Positions 1-10,147 of a stretch of DNA of 35,571 nucleotides are shown here, one piece after another. The stretch comes from an uncultured Chitinophaga sp. (GTDB lineage: Bacteria; Bacteroidota; Bacteroidia; Chitinophagales; LD1): assembly GCA_964419635.1 (NCBI GenBank), contig CAYQRR010000001.1, positions 2,356-37,926 on the forward strand, given 5' to 3'. The translations under genes were made by a program, and so were the position numbers. The notes under the pieces were generated by a model. That model made no database searches. It was not told where the DNA came from and saw only the letters and a list, made by a program, of their open reading frames with translations. Every line of letters starts with the position of its first letter. Within the stretch, counting starts at the first letter, position 1.

Positions 1-1786
1 CTTGTTTTTCGGCTATCTTTTCGTCTACCTGCTTAAACTCCGACTGCTTATCAAAATTCTGCTCCAGCTTATTTTTCATCTCTTCCATCTGCTTCATCAA
101 ATCTTTCTGCTTCTCTATATTTTCCTGCAGGTTCTTTTTGTCTTCCCAGTTCAGGTTTTGTTTTTCCTGCAGTTTGTCTTTCATGGTCTGCAAGTCTTTT
201 TTCAGGTCTTTAGCATCGTTCATCAGGTCTTTTAAATCCTGCTTTATCTCTTTGTTTTCTTTCGAAATTTCTTTGTTCAGCTCGTTCAGCGAAGGCATAT
301 TGAACTCCATCGTATTGCTGCGGGCCGATTTGCTTCCGTGTATGCCATCGTTGTCCCACACTTCAAAATAGTAGGTCATGCGGTCACCGGGTTTGATGCC
401 GAGGTCCGAAAGGCTCCAGTAATGGGTAAAGCGCGAAGAGAGGCCCTTGTTGATGTTTACATCCATCGTTTGGTTGGTGGCTGTAGAAGAATCGGCTCGG
501 GTAATTTGATAATGGAAGGTCAGGTTGCGCAGGCCATAATCGTCACTCACTTCCCCGATGTAATAGAAATATTTCTGGGTAGCCGAATCGTTACGCTCTT
601 GCACTGCAATAATGGGATACAGGTCGGGCGTTACGTTTATCGAGTAAGAAGCGCTGTCGGCATCCTGCACCTGCAGGTTAGATGTTTTAACGGTATACAG
701 CGCACTTTGCAGCATCGTTTTAGAAAGAGTAAAATCGTTTTCTCCGCTGCGTTTTACAGGATAGGCAGAGTCGCCCATCGCAAACGTAATAGACTCCACA
801 TTTTGTGTGCTGAAACGCCAACTCAGCTTAGTGCCGGCCGGCACCACCAAGGCGCCCATATTTTGGAGCATTTCGTCTTGCTTTCCGGTATAGGCCGGGT
901 AGTCGCAACTAACCTCAAAACCGGCCACCACCGGTTTGGCTACCACTTCTAATTCATAGTCGGCAGAGCGAAAGCCATTGGCCGATAACTTGAAGCGTGT
1001 AGTTTTCTGAAGATTGATAAACTCGTACGTAAACGATTGTGCCGCTTGTTTTTTCAGCGTAGCAGAGTGGCCGGATGTTAAATCCTGTAATTGCACTTCG
1101 GCTGGCAACACATCCCCTTCTATTTTTACCTCCAGCAAAAAATTTTCAAACTGCAAAGCCTTCAAATTTTTATTGGTAACCACAAACCGAAACGGAGCTT
1201 CTTTTTCGTAAAAAGTGTCGTTGTGATACAGCCGCTTCGTTCCTTCTTTAATCACATTCGGTGCTGCAATGATGATGAACAGAAAAAGCAGCGCTGGCGG
1301 AGCAAGATATTTCAGATACTTTCTGTTTTTATTCAGGTCTATGGCAAAGGTAAAGTCCACCGGTTTTAGCTCCACTGCTTTTTGGTCAATAGCCGCCAAC
1401 AGCAATTGCGACTCTTGTGTAGCTGATGCCTGATGTAGTTGCAGAATATTCAGCAGCTTATCTTTTACCTCGGTAAAATGGGTGCCTATAATTACTGCCG
1501 CCTGCTCGTAAGAAATAATTTTTCCCAGCCGGTAATAATGCAGAAGTGGCTGCACAAAAAAAGCTGCCAGGAAGGCCAGCGATGAAAAAATAAAGCCAAA
1601 AAACAGAATCTTGCGAAGCAGCGGTGAGAGATAGAAATAATACTCCAGCAAGTTAATAGCCAAAAAAAAGGCCAGCACATATACAACCGAGAATATAGCT
1701 CCGCGAATCAACTGATTCGTGTAGTATTTGCGAATAAAACGATCTAGTTTTACAACCAGCGAAGTATAAGATGAAGTGCTGCTCAT
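1..1786 (-). CDS. Membrane-anchored coiled-coil protein, N-terminal 595 codons (DUF4175-like); the 3' end lies beyond the window start
   Basis: Absent from the ORF track because its stop codon is outside the window. I checked every codon of the reverse frame from the ATG at 1786-1784 down to position 2 and found no stop. An in-frame stop lies 17 codons upstream of that ATG, with no alternative start between them. The N-terminus reads MSSTSSYTSLVVKLDRFIRKYYTNQLIRGAIFSVVYVLAFFLAINLLEYYFYLSP (hydrophobic helices). The window-proximal end is K/E/Q-rich (QNFDKQSEFKQVDEKIAEKQ), which looks like coiled coil. The + strand ORFs at 2-952 are antisense shadows of this gene. The DUF4175 assignment is from memory of similar Bacteroidota N-termini. 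Confidence 0.7.
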   Translation of the reverse strand, partial: MSSTSSYTSLVVKLDRFIRKYYTNQLIRGAIFSVVYVLAFFLAINLLEYYFYLSPLLRKILFFGFIFSSLAFLAAFFVQPLLHYYRLGKIISYEQAAVIIGTHFTEVKDKLLNILQLHQASATQESQLLLAAIDQKAVELKPVDFTFAIDLNKNRKYLKYLAPPALLFLFIIIAAPNVIKEGTKRLYHNDTFYEKEAPFRFVVTNKNLKALQFENFLLEVKIEGDVLPAEVQLQDLTSGHSATLKKQAAQSFTYEFINLQKTTRFKLSANGFRSADYELEVVAKPVVAGFEVSCDYPAYTGKQDEMLQNMGALVVPAGTKLSWRFSTQNVESITFAMGDSAYPVKRSGENDFTLSKTMLQSALYTVKTSNLQVQDADSASYSINVTPDLYPIIAVQERNDSATQKYFYYIGEVSDDYGLRNLTFHYQITRADSSTATNQTMDVNINKGLSSRFTHYWSLSDLGIKPGDRMTYYFEVWDNDGIHGSKSARSNTMEFNMPSLNELNKEISKENKEIKQDLKDLMNDAKDLKKDLQTMKDKLQEKQNLNWEDKKNLQENIEKQKDLMKQMEEMKNKLEQNFDKQSEFKQVDEKIAEKQ

Positions 1787-1889
1787 GCGGTGAACGAAAA
1801 TAGATTTTCGTGCGATTGAAAATACAACGTTCTCTCACATAGTTTGTTGTAATCCCGCTTTTTAGAAAAAGTTTAATGCATTTAACAGA

Positions 1890-3548
1890 TTATCGGGCTA
1901 ACACTACACCTCCCCATCCCGCCAGAGTTAGTTTCTCCCCGTTTAGTTTATTCCCCTTGCTGTTACTTACTTCCATTTTGCTGAATGTGCCGGGAACCAA
2001 CATTTCCACTTTCGTTTTCCCAAAGTTTAAAATCACTACCACTTTTTCGTTTTCCCATGTTCTCGTATAAGCCAGCACATGGGCAGGTAGTTGATCCGTT
2101 GAAATCAATTTTAGGGCTCCGTGCGATAAAGCTTTTGTTTTGTTTCGGAGAGCCAGCGTCTGTTTTATCAAATACAGCAGGCTGCTGTCGCTTGCAGAAG
2201 CGTTGGCCACGTTTACGTTTTTGTATTCGGCATTCACCGGCAGCCATGTTTTTTCAGCGGTAGAAAAACCCGCGTTTTTTTCGTCATTCCATTGCATCGG
2301 TGTGCGCAACTCATCGCGGTTGAGTGTTTCATCCACCATGTTTACAATGCCGCGCGGAAGCTTAACATAATGTGGTATAGGATCCAGTGCTGTTTTGTAG
2401 GGCAGGCGCGCATCGGTCATGCCTACCTCTTCGCCATAATACATACATGGCACCCCGCGGAGGGTGAGTTGCATCAAGTGCAGCAGTTTAGCTTTGGATA
2501 CATCATTGTTCAACCGCTTCATGCTCCTTCTGCGGTCGTGGTTGCTGAACACATAGGCCGGCATAAAAGGCTCCGGAAAATCGGTTTCTAAATTACTTAC
2601 CAACTTTGCAAAATACTTAGCTCTGAACTGAAATCGCAGCATTTCAAAATCAAAGGCCAACGTTAATCGGTTGTTGATTTTATCGCCACAATATTTTCGG
2701 CTCACACTGCGGTCGCCAATAATTTCACCCAGCAACATTCGCTCGCCAAACGAATCGCAGACAGCCCTTAGCGTTTCGGCAAATTGCAGACTCTCGGGCC
2801 GGTTGGCGGTATAGACAGGACGCTGTAGGTGCGACTCAATGCTGCCGGACGATGGATTATTTCGGAGCGAATCATCTTCATAAATCGAGTTGAAAATATC
2901 CAACCGAAACCCATCTACGCCTTTTTGCAGCCAGTAGCGCACGTGGTCCAGCATGGTTTGCCTTACCTGTGCATTGCGATAATTCAAATCCGGTTGAAAA
3001 GGCAAAAACGCAGCATAGTAATACTGTTGGCGGATCGTATCGTACCGCCAGGCATTGCCGCTCACCATGCTCTTCCAGTTATTGGGGTGATTGGTCCACA
3101 CATAATAATCGCGCGCTGGTCCTCGCTCTTCCGGTTTTCTGTGCCGGTCTTCAGCAAACCACGGATGCTCATCGCTCGTATGGTTCATCACCATATCAAA
3201 CAAAATTTTCATATCGCGCTGGTGCACCTCGGCTATTAGGCGCTCTGCATCGGCCAGCGTGCCATACTCAGGCGCTATCTGCCGATAATCGCTTACATCA
3301 TATCCAAAATCTTTTTGGGGCGATGCAAAAAAAGGAGAACACCAGATGGTCTCGTACCCCAGGCTTTTGATGTAGTCCAGCTTTTGAATTATGCCGGGAA
3401 TGTCGCCCAGGCCATCGCCATTGCTATCGTAAAAGGAGCGCGGATAAACCTGATAAATGGTGGTGCAATGATACCAAGGCAACTGCCCCTGCATAGCCAA
3501 ACAACTGCCGATGGTCACAGCCAGGCACATCCATATTTTTTTGCGCAT
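1890..3548 (-). CDS. Secreted GH13 alpha-amylase-family glycosidase (alpha-glucosidase / oligo-1,6-glucosidase-like)
   Basis: Carries the GH13 conserved regions: DMVMNH (region I), GVDGFRLD (nucleophile Asp), GEIIG (acid/base Glu) and FSNHD (region IV). The N-terminal YQVYPRSFYDSNGDGLGDIPG is typical of the family. I moved the start from the ORF-track 3752 to the ATG at 3548, which gives the signal peptide MRKKIWMCLAVTIGSCLAMQGQ. The longer ORF would overlap the divergent gene. Confidence 0.85.
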   Translation of the reverse strand: MRKKIWMCLAVTIGSCLAMQGQLPWYHCTTIYQVYPRSFYDSNGDGLGDIPGIIQKLDYIKSLGYETIWCSPFFASPQKDFGYDVSDYRQIAPEYGTLADAERLIAEVHQRDMKILFDMVMNHTSDEHPWFAEDRHRKPEERGPARDYYVWTNHPNNWKSMVSGNAWRYDTIRQQYYYAAFLPFQPDLNYRNAQVRQTMLDHVRYWLQKGVDGFRLDIFNSIYEDDSLRNNPSSGSIESHLQRPVYTANRPESLQFAETLRAVCDSFGERMLLGEIIGDRSVSRKYCGDKINNRLTLAFDFEMLRFQFRAKYFAKLVSNLETDFPEPFMPAYVFSNHDRRRSMKRLNNDVSKAKLLHLMQLTLRGVPCMYYGEEVGMTDARLPYKTALDPIPHYVKLPRGIVNMVDETLNRDELRTPMQWNDEKNAGFSTAEKTWLPVNAEYKNVNVANASASDSSLLYLIKQTLALRNKTKALSHGALKLISTDQLPAHVLAYTRTWENEKVVVILNFGKTKVEMLVPGTFSKMEVSNSKGNKLNGEKLTLAGWGGVVLAR

Positions 3549-3585
3549 AGGTTGCAGTATTACAAATTTCTTTTCACTTCGCCAC

Positions 3586-4152
3586 ATGCAGCTGCAAGAA
3601 ATTCTTACCGGCATTTGTTTGGGCATAGCGTTGAGCGCCTGTTGCGGGTTCCGCATTTTTGTTCCCTTGCTGTTCGCCAGCCTTGCCGCCAGATTGGGCT
3701 TTGTGCCGCTGTCTTCCGGTTTTGAGTGGATGAACTCCTGGGCGGCAGTCACCTGTTTTGGCGTAGCCAGTGTGCTGGAAGTAGCGGCTTATTATATACC
3801 GGTGGTCGACAACCTGCTCGATACACTCACCACCCCCGGCTCGGTGATAGCCGGCACCATCATTTCTGCTTCCATGTTCACTGATATAGACCCCATGACT
3901 AAATGGACGCTCGCTCTTATTGCGGGTGGTGGCACCGCAGGCATCATTCAAAGCGGCACCGGCTTGCTGCGCCTGGGCTCCACCAAATTGACAGCCGGCT
4001 TCGGCAATTCCGTGGTCGCCACGCTCGAAAATGTTTTTTCGCTTATCGGCACCTTGCTTTCGCTGCTGATTCCGGTTGCCATGTTTGTGCTCTTTATTAC
4101 ACTGGTAGCCGGCACCGTCTATCTTCTAGCCAGGCGTTGGACCAGTCCATAA
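3586..4152 (+). CDS. DUF4126-family integral membrane protein
   Basis: Small multi-helix hydrophobic protein, Gly/Ala-rich (LALIAGGGTAGIIQSGTG), resembling DUF4126. I chose the ATG at 3586 (MQLQEILTGICLGIALSA...). The ORF-track start at 3511 would overlap the GH13 start. Confidence 0.6.
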   Translation: MQLQEILTGICLGIALSACCGFRIFVPLLFASLAARLGFVPLSSGFEWMNSWAAVTCFGVASVLEVAAYYIPVVDNLLDTLTTPGSVIAGTIISASMFTDIDPMTKWTLALIAGGGTAGIIQSGTGLLRLGSTKLTAGFGNSVVATLENVFSLIGTLLSLLIPVAMFVLFITLVAGTVYLLARRWTSP

Positions 4153-4186
4153 ATTCGCTGGCACATCAATTAATGGGATAAAAAAA

Positions 4187-4218
4187 GCGGCCTCCGTTTT
4201 TTGGAGGCCGCTTTTTTT
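4187..4218. terminator. Bidirectional intrinsic terminator between the convergent DUF4126 gene and nrdJ
   Basis: Perfect 9-bp stem GCGGCCTCC (4187-4195) pairs with GGAGGCCGC (4203-4211) around a 7-nt loop. It is flanked by an A-run upstream and a T-run (4212-4218) downstream, so it reads as hairpin plus U-tract on both strands. Confidence 0.8.
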
Positions 4219-4267
4219 GGGTGCAGGAAGCTACAGTGCATCGTAACTCCTGCTTTTCTTTGGTCGA

Positions 4268-7200
4268 CTACGAACAGCCCATGCTGTTTCCGCAATTCAG
4301 ACATTTGTAGCAGGTTCCGCTTCTCAGCGTAATGTTTCCACACACGCTGCATGGTGGGGCATCGCCCTGCATGTCCTGTGCTGCTTTATTGAAAGCGCTC
4401 ATGCTGTTGTCGGCCAGCGTAAACTTGCTGGGCTCTGTTTTCTTTACTGCCTCGGTTTTAGGAGTCGCTTTAGGCGTTACCTGCATTTCCGGATGGGTAG
4501 AAATATTGCTCTTGGTTTCTTCGGCTAAGTCATCGGCAATGTCGGTGGTCAGGTCTAGGCTGCTGCGTTCGCGCATGCTCAGCTCGCTGGGCGTTACGTG
4601 TACCAAATCAGTGCGCTTTAAATATTCAAACGCCAGCAAACGGAAAATGTAATCTACCACCGATGAAGCATTCTTAATATTCGGATGATCTACCATACCG
4701 CTCGGCTCAAAGCGGGTGAAGGTGAATTTATTCACAAACTCCTCCAGCGGCACACCATATTGTAAGCCAATAGAAACCGATATAGCAAAGCAGTTCATCA
4801 AAGAGCGGAACGAAGCGCCTTCTTTGTGCATATCCACAAATATTTCTCCCAATGTTCCATCGCTGTATTCGCCCGTGCGCACAAACACCGTCTGTCCGCC
4901 AATTTTTGCTTTCTGTGTAAATCCGCTTCGGCGGTGCGGCAGTTTTTTGCGCTCCACAATACGCGATAGTTCACGCATAAAGTTGGTGTCGCTGCTTTCC
5001 TGCATCAGTACGCGTGCGGCTTCCAGTACCTGCTCCGGGGTCAACTTGCTAAACTCGCCTTCGTTGCTCGGGGCCACAGCCAATGGAGCGGCTTCTGCTT
5101 TTTCTTTCTTGTCAGCTTTCTCTTCATCTTTCTTGTTAGAGAGCGGTTGCGAAAGTTTGCATCCGTCACGGTAAAGTGCATTGGCTTTCAGGCCCAGCTT
5201 CCACGATAGTTCGTAGCAGCTTTGAATGTCTTCTACAGTAGCCTCGTTTGGCAGGTTAATAGTCTTAGAGATAGCACCGCTGATAAAGGGCTGCACGCTG
5301 GCCATCATGCGGATGTGGCCGTGGGCGTGGATGTAACGCTGCCCTTTGGCACCGCATTTATTGGCACAGTCAAATACCGGCAGGTGTTCCTCTTTCAGGA
5401 ACGGAGCCCCCTCCACGGTCATAGTGCCGCAGATATATTCGTTGGCGGCTTCAATTTCGTCATTGCTAAAGCCGATTTCGCGCAGCAAATTAAAGTTCGG
5501 TGCCTTATACTGCTCCGGGGTAAATCCTAAGCGTTGCAGCGTTTCTTCGCCCAGGGTGTATACGTTGAAAGCAAACGAAACGTGAAACGCGGAGAGCAAC
5601 TGCGATTCCAGTTTTTCTACATCCGCATTGTTAAAGCCTTTGCTGCGCAGTGTATCTGGGTTAATAGACGGACAACCTACAAAAGAGGCAGAACCTTTCG
5701 CGTATTTTACAATCGCATCTATCTGCTCGGGGCTGTAGCCCAGAGTTTCCAGTGCAGCCGGCACGCACTCATTCACAATTTTGAAATAACCACCACCCGA
5801 TAGTTTTTTGAATTTTACCAACGCAAAATCCGGTTCCACTCCGGTAGTGTCGCAGTCCATCAGCAAGCCGATAGTGCCCGTAGGGGCTATCACCGTAGCT
5901 TGTGCATTGCGGTAGCCATACTTTTCGCCCAGTTGCAGGGCTTCATCCCAGGCGGTAGTAGCCGCTTCCAGCAAATAACTCGGGCAATCTTTCGGGTTAA
6001 TGCCCTGTGGTTTTATTTCAATGCCCTCATAGGCATTCGCATCGGCATTATAAGCTGCCAGGCGGTGATTGCGCATCACACGCAGCATGTGCTTCTTGTT
6101 CTTTTCGTAGCCCGGGAAAGCGCCCAATGCAGCCGCCATTTCTGCCGATGTTTTGTAAGCAATACCCGTCATGATAGCGGTAATGGCACCACCCATCGCG
6201 CGCGCCTTGTCGCTGTCATACGGTATGCCGCTCACCATCAATACCGAACCCAGGTTTGCATAACCTAAACCAAGCGTGCGGAATTCATACGAAAGCTGTG
6301 CTACTTCCTTAGACGGAAACTGCGCCATCAGCACCGATATTTCCAACACCATGGTCCAAATGCGGCTCATGTGCTCAAAACCTTCTACATTAAACTGCAA
6401 GGTGCGGTCGTCAAAGAATTTGCGCAGGTTAAACGAAGCCAGGTTGCAGGCTGTATTATCCAAAAACATGTATTCGCTGCACGGGTTAGAGGCGCGGATA
6501 GGGCCATCTTCGGGGCAAGTGTGCCACTCGTTAATAGTAGTGTCATATTGCACCCCCGGGTCGGCACAGCGCCAGGCGGCCATGGCCACTTTGTTCCACA
6601 GTTCGTTGGCGTTGATTGTTTTCATCACACGTCTGTCGGCACTGCGACCCACCAGACTCCAGTTTTCGCCTTTCTCCAACGCATGGAAAAAAGCATTCGG
6701 CACACGAATAGAGTTGTTCGAGTTTTGTCCGCTCACCGTTCTGTAGGCTTCGCCTTCGTAGTGGCTGTCGTAGCCGGCTGCAATCAGGGCCGCCACCTTA
6801 TCTTCCTCCTTCATTTTCCACTCAATGAAATCCACTATTTCGGGGTGGTCCAGGTCCAGGCACACCATTTTGGCTGCGCGTCTGGTGGTGCCACCACTTT
6901 TAATAGCACCGGCTGCCGCATCACCTATTTTCAAAAAGCTCATCAGGCCCGAGGAAGTGCCCCCGCCCGATAGTTTTTCGCCTTCGCCACGAATGTTGCT
7001 GAAGTTGGTGCCCACGCCCGAGCCATACTTAAATATACGCGCTTCGCGGGTCCACAAATCCATGATGCCACCACCGTTTACCAAATCGTCATCTACTGAC
7101 AATATAAAGCAGGCATGTGGCTGCGGACGCTCATAAGCCGAAGTAGACTCTTCCAGCTTGCCGGTGTCGGGGTTTACAAAGTAGTGTCCCTGCGGTTTAC

Positions 7201-7648
7201 CGGTGATTCCATAAGCGGTGTGAAGTCCTGTGTTAAACCACTGTGGTGAGTTAGGAGCCGCCATTTGTGTCAGCAGCGAGTAAGCAATCTCATCATAAAA
7301 CACCTGTGCATCGCGCTTGCTCGCAAAGTAGCCATAGCGCTCGCCCCATGTTTTCCAGCAATCGGCCAGGCGGTGTACCACCTGCTTAATAGAACGCTCA
7401 CCGCCCAGGGTGCCATCCGGCTGAGGCACTCCGGCCTTGCGGAAATATTTCTGCGCTAATATATCGGTAGCCACCTGGCTCCAGCCCTTAGGAACCTCCA
7501 CATGATGCATTTCAAACACCGCATCGCCCTTCGGATTGCGAATTACGCTAGAGCGTAAATCGTATTCCATAAGGTCGTAAACAGACACGTCTTCTTTTGT
7601 GTAGAGGCGATCAACCTTCAATCCTTTCTTTTCTGTCTTCTTTGCCAT
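4268..7648 (-). CDS. nrdJ: Adenosylcobalamin-dependent (class II) ribonucleotide reductase
   Basis: 1126 aa. The N-terminus [41 protein letters not shown] and the internal [35 protein letters not shown] and ISKTINLP motifs are typical of NrdJ. The C-terminal Cys-rich tail is CSVCGN...CYKCLNCG. The ATG at 7648 was verified. Confidence 0.93.
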   Translation of the reverse strand: MAKKTEKKGLKVDRLYTKEDVSVYDLMEYDLRSSVIRNPKGDAVFEMHHVEVPKGWSQVATDILAQKYFRKAGVPQPDGTLGGERSIKQVVHRLADCWKTWGERYGYFASKRDAQVFYDEIAYSLLTQMAAPNSPQWFNTGLHTAYGITGKPQGHYFVNPDTGKLEESTSAYERPQPHACFILSVDDDLVNGGGIMDLWTREARIFKYGSGVGTNFSNIRGEGEKLSGGGTSSGLMSFLKIGDAAAGAIKSGGTTRRAAKMVCLDLDHPEIVDFIEWKMKEEDKVAALIAAGYDSHYEGEAYRTVSGQNSNNSIRVPNAFFHALEKGENWSLVGRSADRRVMKTINANELWNKVAMAAWRCADPGVQYDTTINEWHTCPEDGPIRASNPCSEYMFLDNTACNLASFNLRKFFDDRTLQFNVEGFEHMSRIWTMVLEISVLMAQFPSKEVAQLSYEFRTLGLGYANLGSVLMVSGIPYDSDKARAMGGAITAIMTGIAYKTSAEMAAALGAFPGYEKNKKHMLRVMRNHRLAAYNADANAYEGIEIKPQGINPKDCPSYLLEAATTAWDEALQLGEKYGYRNAQATVIAPTGTIGLLMDCDTTGVEPDFALVKFKKLSGGGYFKIVNECVPAALETLGYSPEQIDAIVKYAKGSASFVGCPSINPDTLRSKGFNNADVEKLESQLLSAFHVSFAFNVYTLGEETLQRLGFTPEQYKAPNFNLLREIGFSNDEIEAANEYICGTMTVEGAPFLKEEHLPVFDCANKCGAKGQRYIHAHGHIRMMASVQPFISGAISKTINLPNEATVEDIQSCYELSWKLGLKANALYRDGCKLSQPLSNKKDEEKADKKEKAEAAPLAVAPSNEGEFSKLTPEQVLEAARVLMQESSDTNFMRELSRIVERKKLPHRRSGFTQKAKIGGQTVFVRTGEYSDGTLGEIFVDMHKEGASFRSLMNCFAISVSIGLQYGVPLEEFVNKFTFTRFEPSGMVDHPNIKNASSVVDYIFRLLAFEYLKRTDLVHVTPSELSMRERSSLDLTTDIADDLAEETKSNISTHPEMQVTPKATPKTEAVKKTEPSKFTLADNSMSAFNKAAQDMQGDAPPCSVCGNITLRSGTCYKCLNCGNSMGCS

Positions 7649-7720
7649 AGCGTAAAAATTTTTTCTTGGTGTGTGATTTATGTTTCAGGTGTTTTTTCTG
7701 CTGACTTTCGGGGTCGAAAA

Positions 7721-7833
7721 AAGGGTTACACATATATTTAACGTTCTCGAAATGTAGGTGTAACCCTTTGTCTGTTCTAAAAATCTGTTTTTCAGAAAAC
7801 GTGCTACGAATCTATTTTTCGCAAAAACAGATT
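7721..7833 (-). promoter_or_regulatory. Two perfect 11-bp inverted repeats in the nrdJ upstream/leader region
   Basis: IR1 is AAGGGTTACAC (7721-7731) paired with GTGTAACCCTT (7758-7768), spacer 26 nt. IR2 is AATCTGTTTTT (7782-7792) paired with AAAAACAGATT (7823-7833), spacer 30 nt. They lie 73-185 nt upstream of the nrdJ ATG. Their function is unknown. Confidence 0.3.
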
Positions 7834-8159
7834 GCCACCCCATTTATTCACACAAAATGTGCAAACGCCTGTGCACAGTTTTGAAACCTTGTACAGGCTT
7901 CATTTCCTTGTGTGGAAAAACTTTACACGCTTTTTTTTTGGAAGAAAAACAGAAATTTCGGGTGATTTTTTTGTCTTAAAAATTAGGCGGGGAATTGGAA
8001 ACGCGCGAAGGTTTTTAAGTTTCCCGAATAGCGAAATTTCTTTTTTATGCTTGCTTCTCTACGCTCATACGCAGCTTCCAGCCGGAGCTCGGGATTTACC
8101 TCCGCGTAGAGGATGCTCTTGCCATACACATATCACTTCCGCGTTTATATTCGCCCGCT

Positions 8160-9704
8160 ATGAGCAAAGAGAACACCACCAATACCTTTCAGGAAATCAT
8201 TTCCCACTGCAAAGAATACGGCTTTATTTTTCCATCTTCTGAGATATATGACGGCCTCAGCGCAGTATATGATTACGGCCCTTATGGCATAGAGCTGAAA
8301 AACAATCTGCAGCAACACTGGTGGAAATCCATGACCCAGCTCCACGAAAACATCGTGGGCCTCGATGCGGCCATCTTTATGCATCCCAAAACCTGGAAAG
8401 CCAGCGGCCACGTAGATGCCTTTATGGATCCACTGATTGATAATAAAGACTCCAAAAAACGCTACCGGGCCGATGTGCTGATAGAAGATGCCATGGCCAA
8501 AATGGAAGAGAAGATAGAGAAGGAGGCCGAAAAAGCCCAAAAGAAATTTGGCGAGGCCTTCGACCGCGAAAAATTTCTGGCCACCAACCCCAATGTGCTC
8601 CGCGTTAAAGAAAAGCTGAATGCTACCGAAGCCCGCTTCAAGCAAGCTTTGGAAGACAACAACCTTGAAGAACTCAAGCAGATTATTGTAGACCTCGAAA
8701 TTGCTTGCGAACTATCCGGCAGTAAAAACTGGACCGAAGTGCGCCAGTTCAACCTCATGTTTAGCACCGAAGTGGGCTCCCTGGCCGATGACAGCAGTAC
8801 CATTTATCTGCGCCCCGAAACCGCACAGGGTATTTTTGTCAACTTCCTCAATGTACAGAAAACCAGCCGCAAAAAGATACCGTTTGGGATTGCACAAATC
8901 GGCAAAGCCTTTCGCAACGAAATAGTGGCGCGGCAGTTCATCTTCCGCACCCGCGAGTTTGAGCAAATGGAAATGCAGTTTTTTGTGCGCCCCGGCACCG
9001 AAATGGAATGGTATCATCAATGGAAAGCAGAACGCATGAAATGGCACCGCTCCCTGGGCTTTGCCGACTCCAGCCTCAAGTTCTTCGACCACCTCAAGCT
9101 GGCACACTATGCCAATGCAGCCGTAGATATCCAATTCAGTTTCCCTTTTGGAGTCAAAGAAATTGAAGGTATACACAGCCGCACCGATTTTGATTTAAAA
9201 AACCACCAGGAACTCAGCGGCAAAAAGCTGCAATATTTCGACCCCGAAACCAACGAAAGCTACATTCCCTATGTGGTGGAAACTTCCATCGGATTAAACA
9301 GAACTTTCTTGGCCCTTATCTGCAATGGCTACAAAAACGAGAAACTGGAAGACGGCAGCGAACGAACCGTGCTGGCCCTTCCGGCCTTCCTGGCGCCTGT
9401 CAAAATAGCGGTGTTCCCCCTTATGAAAAAAGACGGCCTGCCCGAAAAGGCCCGCGAAATCTTTGACGACCTCAAGTTTGAACACAAGTGTTTTTATGAA
9501 GAGAAGGATGCCATTGGTAAGCGCTACCGCAGAATGGACGCCATCGGCACTCCGTTTTGCGTTACGGTAGACCATCAAACACTCGAAGACAACACCGTTA
9601 CCCTCCGCGAACGAGATTCTATGCAGCAGGTGCGCGTATCACTGGATAAACTCAAAGAAGTGGTAAACGCCAAAGTAGACTGGAAGGTGGTAGCCCGCGG
9701 GTAG
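8160..9704 (+). CDS. glyQS: Glycine--tRNA ligase (homodimeric class II type)
   Basis: 514 aa. The N-terminus FQEIISHCKEYGFIFPSSEIYDGLSAVYDYGPYGIELKNNL is characteristic. It also has the class II motifs (FRNEI..RQFIFRTREFEQMEMQFF) and the C-terminal anticodon-binding region GKRYRRMDAIGTPFCVTVD. Confidence 0.93.
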   Translation: MSKENTTNTFQEIISHCKEYGFIFPSSEIYDGLSAVYDYGPYGIELKNNLQQHWWKSMTQLHENIVGLDAAIFMHPKTWKASGHVDAFMDPLIDNKDSKKRYRADVLIEDAMAKMEEKIEKEAEKAQKKFGEAFDREKFLATNPNVLRVKEKLNATEARFKQALEDNNLEELKQIIVDLEIACELSGSKNWTEVRQFNLMFSTEVGSLADDSSTIYLRPETAQGIFVNFLNVQKTSRKKIPFGIAQIGKAFRNEIVARQFIFRTREFEQMEMQFFVRPGTEMEWYHQWKAERMKWHRSLGFADSSLKFFDHLKLAHYANAAVDIQFSFPFGVKEIEGIHSRTDFDLKNHQELSGKKLQYFDPETNESYIPYVVETSIGLNRTFLALICNGYKNEKLEDGSERTVLALPAFLAPVKIAVFPLMKKDGLPEKAREIFDDLKFEHKCFYEEKDAIGKRYRRMDAIGTPFCVTVDHQTLEDNTVTLRERDSMQQVRVSLDKLKEVVNAKVDWKVVARG

Positions 9705-9706
9705 TA

Positions 9707-10147
9707 TTATCCTCGCTTTGCCTTAAAAAAATCTTTCAGCAACTGCGAGCACTCTTCTGCCAGCAGGCCGTATGTTATTTCTGTTTTGGGATGCAGCACC
9801 TTGGCAGGTATTAAAGAATACCCCGCTTTTATATCGCTGGCACCGTATACAACGCGCGATACTTGTGCCCATTTTAACGCGGAGGCGCACATCAGGCAGG
9901 GTTCCAGCGTTACATACAGCGTGCAGCCTTCCAGATATTTACTGCCCATATAATTAGCTGCGGCTGTAATGGCAATCATCTCGGCATGGGCCGTCACATC
10001 TTTTAATCGTTCGGTTTGGTTATATCCCTTACCAATAATCTTGTTGTTGCACACCACCACCGCGCCCACCGGCACTTCATCTTCGTGCAGTGCATTCTGG
10101 GCTTCTTTAAGTGCCACGCGCATAAAATAGGTATCGTCAAAAATCAT
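9707..10147 (-). CDS. tadA: tRNA-specific adenosine deaminase
   Basis: Has the CDA zinc motifs HAEMIAI and LEPCLMCASAL. I chose the ATG at 10147 (MIFDDTYFMRVALKEA...). It forms an ATGA overlap with the stop of the upstream gene, which ends at 10144. Confidence 0.88.
   Translation of the reverse strand: MIFDDTYFMRVALKEAQNALHEDEVPVGAVVVCNNKIIGKGYNQTERLKDVTAHAEMIAITAAANYMGSKYLEGCTLYVTLEPCLMCASALKWAQVSRVVYGASDIKAGYSLIPAKVLHPKTEITYGLLAEECSQLLKDFFKAKRG

Noticed and set aside
3549-3752. N-terminal extensions proposed by the ORF track for several genes: GH13 to 3752, tadA to 10216, ruvC from 11067, DUF4397 to 23939, PKD protein to 34905, esterase to 29083, AraC to 12595
   Set aside because: Most of these extended starts are TTG codons, which I verified for 11067, 11112, 12595, 23939, 29083 and 34905. 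They add non-conserved residues ahead of clear signal peptides or conserved N-termini, and several would overlap divergent neighbours. Internal ATGs fit better.
7649-7840. Cobalamin riboswitch or NrdR boxes upstream of nrdJ
   Set aside because: I found no B12-box-like GCCACTG core on the nrdJ strand, so I reject the riboswitch. For NrdR, ACACATATAT (7728-7737) matches only part of the 16-bp palindromic consensus acaCwAtATaTwGtgt. There is no second box at the expected spacing of about 31 bp. The inverted repeats are reported as an unassigned element instead.
7840-8159. T-box leader upstream of glyQS, and the 136-aa ORF 7832-8242
   Set aside because: T-box regulation is not a feature of Bacteroidota, and I see no specifier-loop or T-box sequence (AAUUAGGGUGGUACCGCG-like). 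The ORF runs into glyQS in another frame and has no recognisable features.
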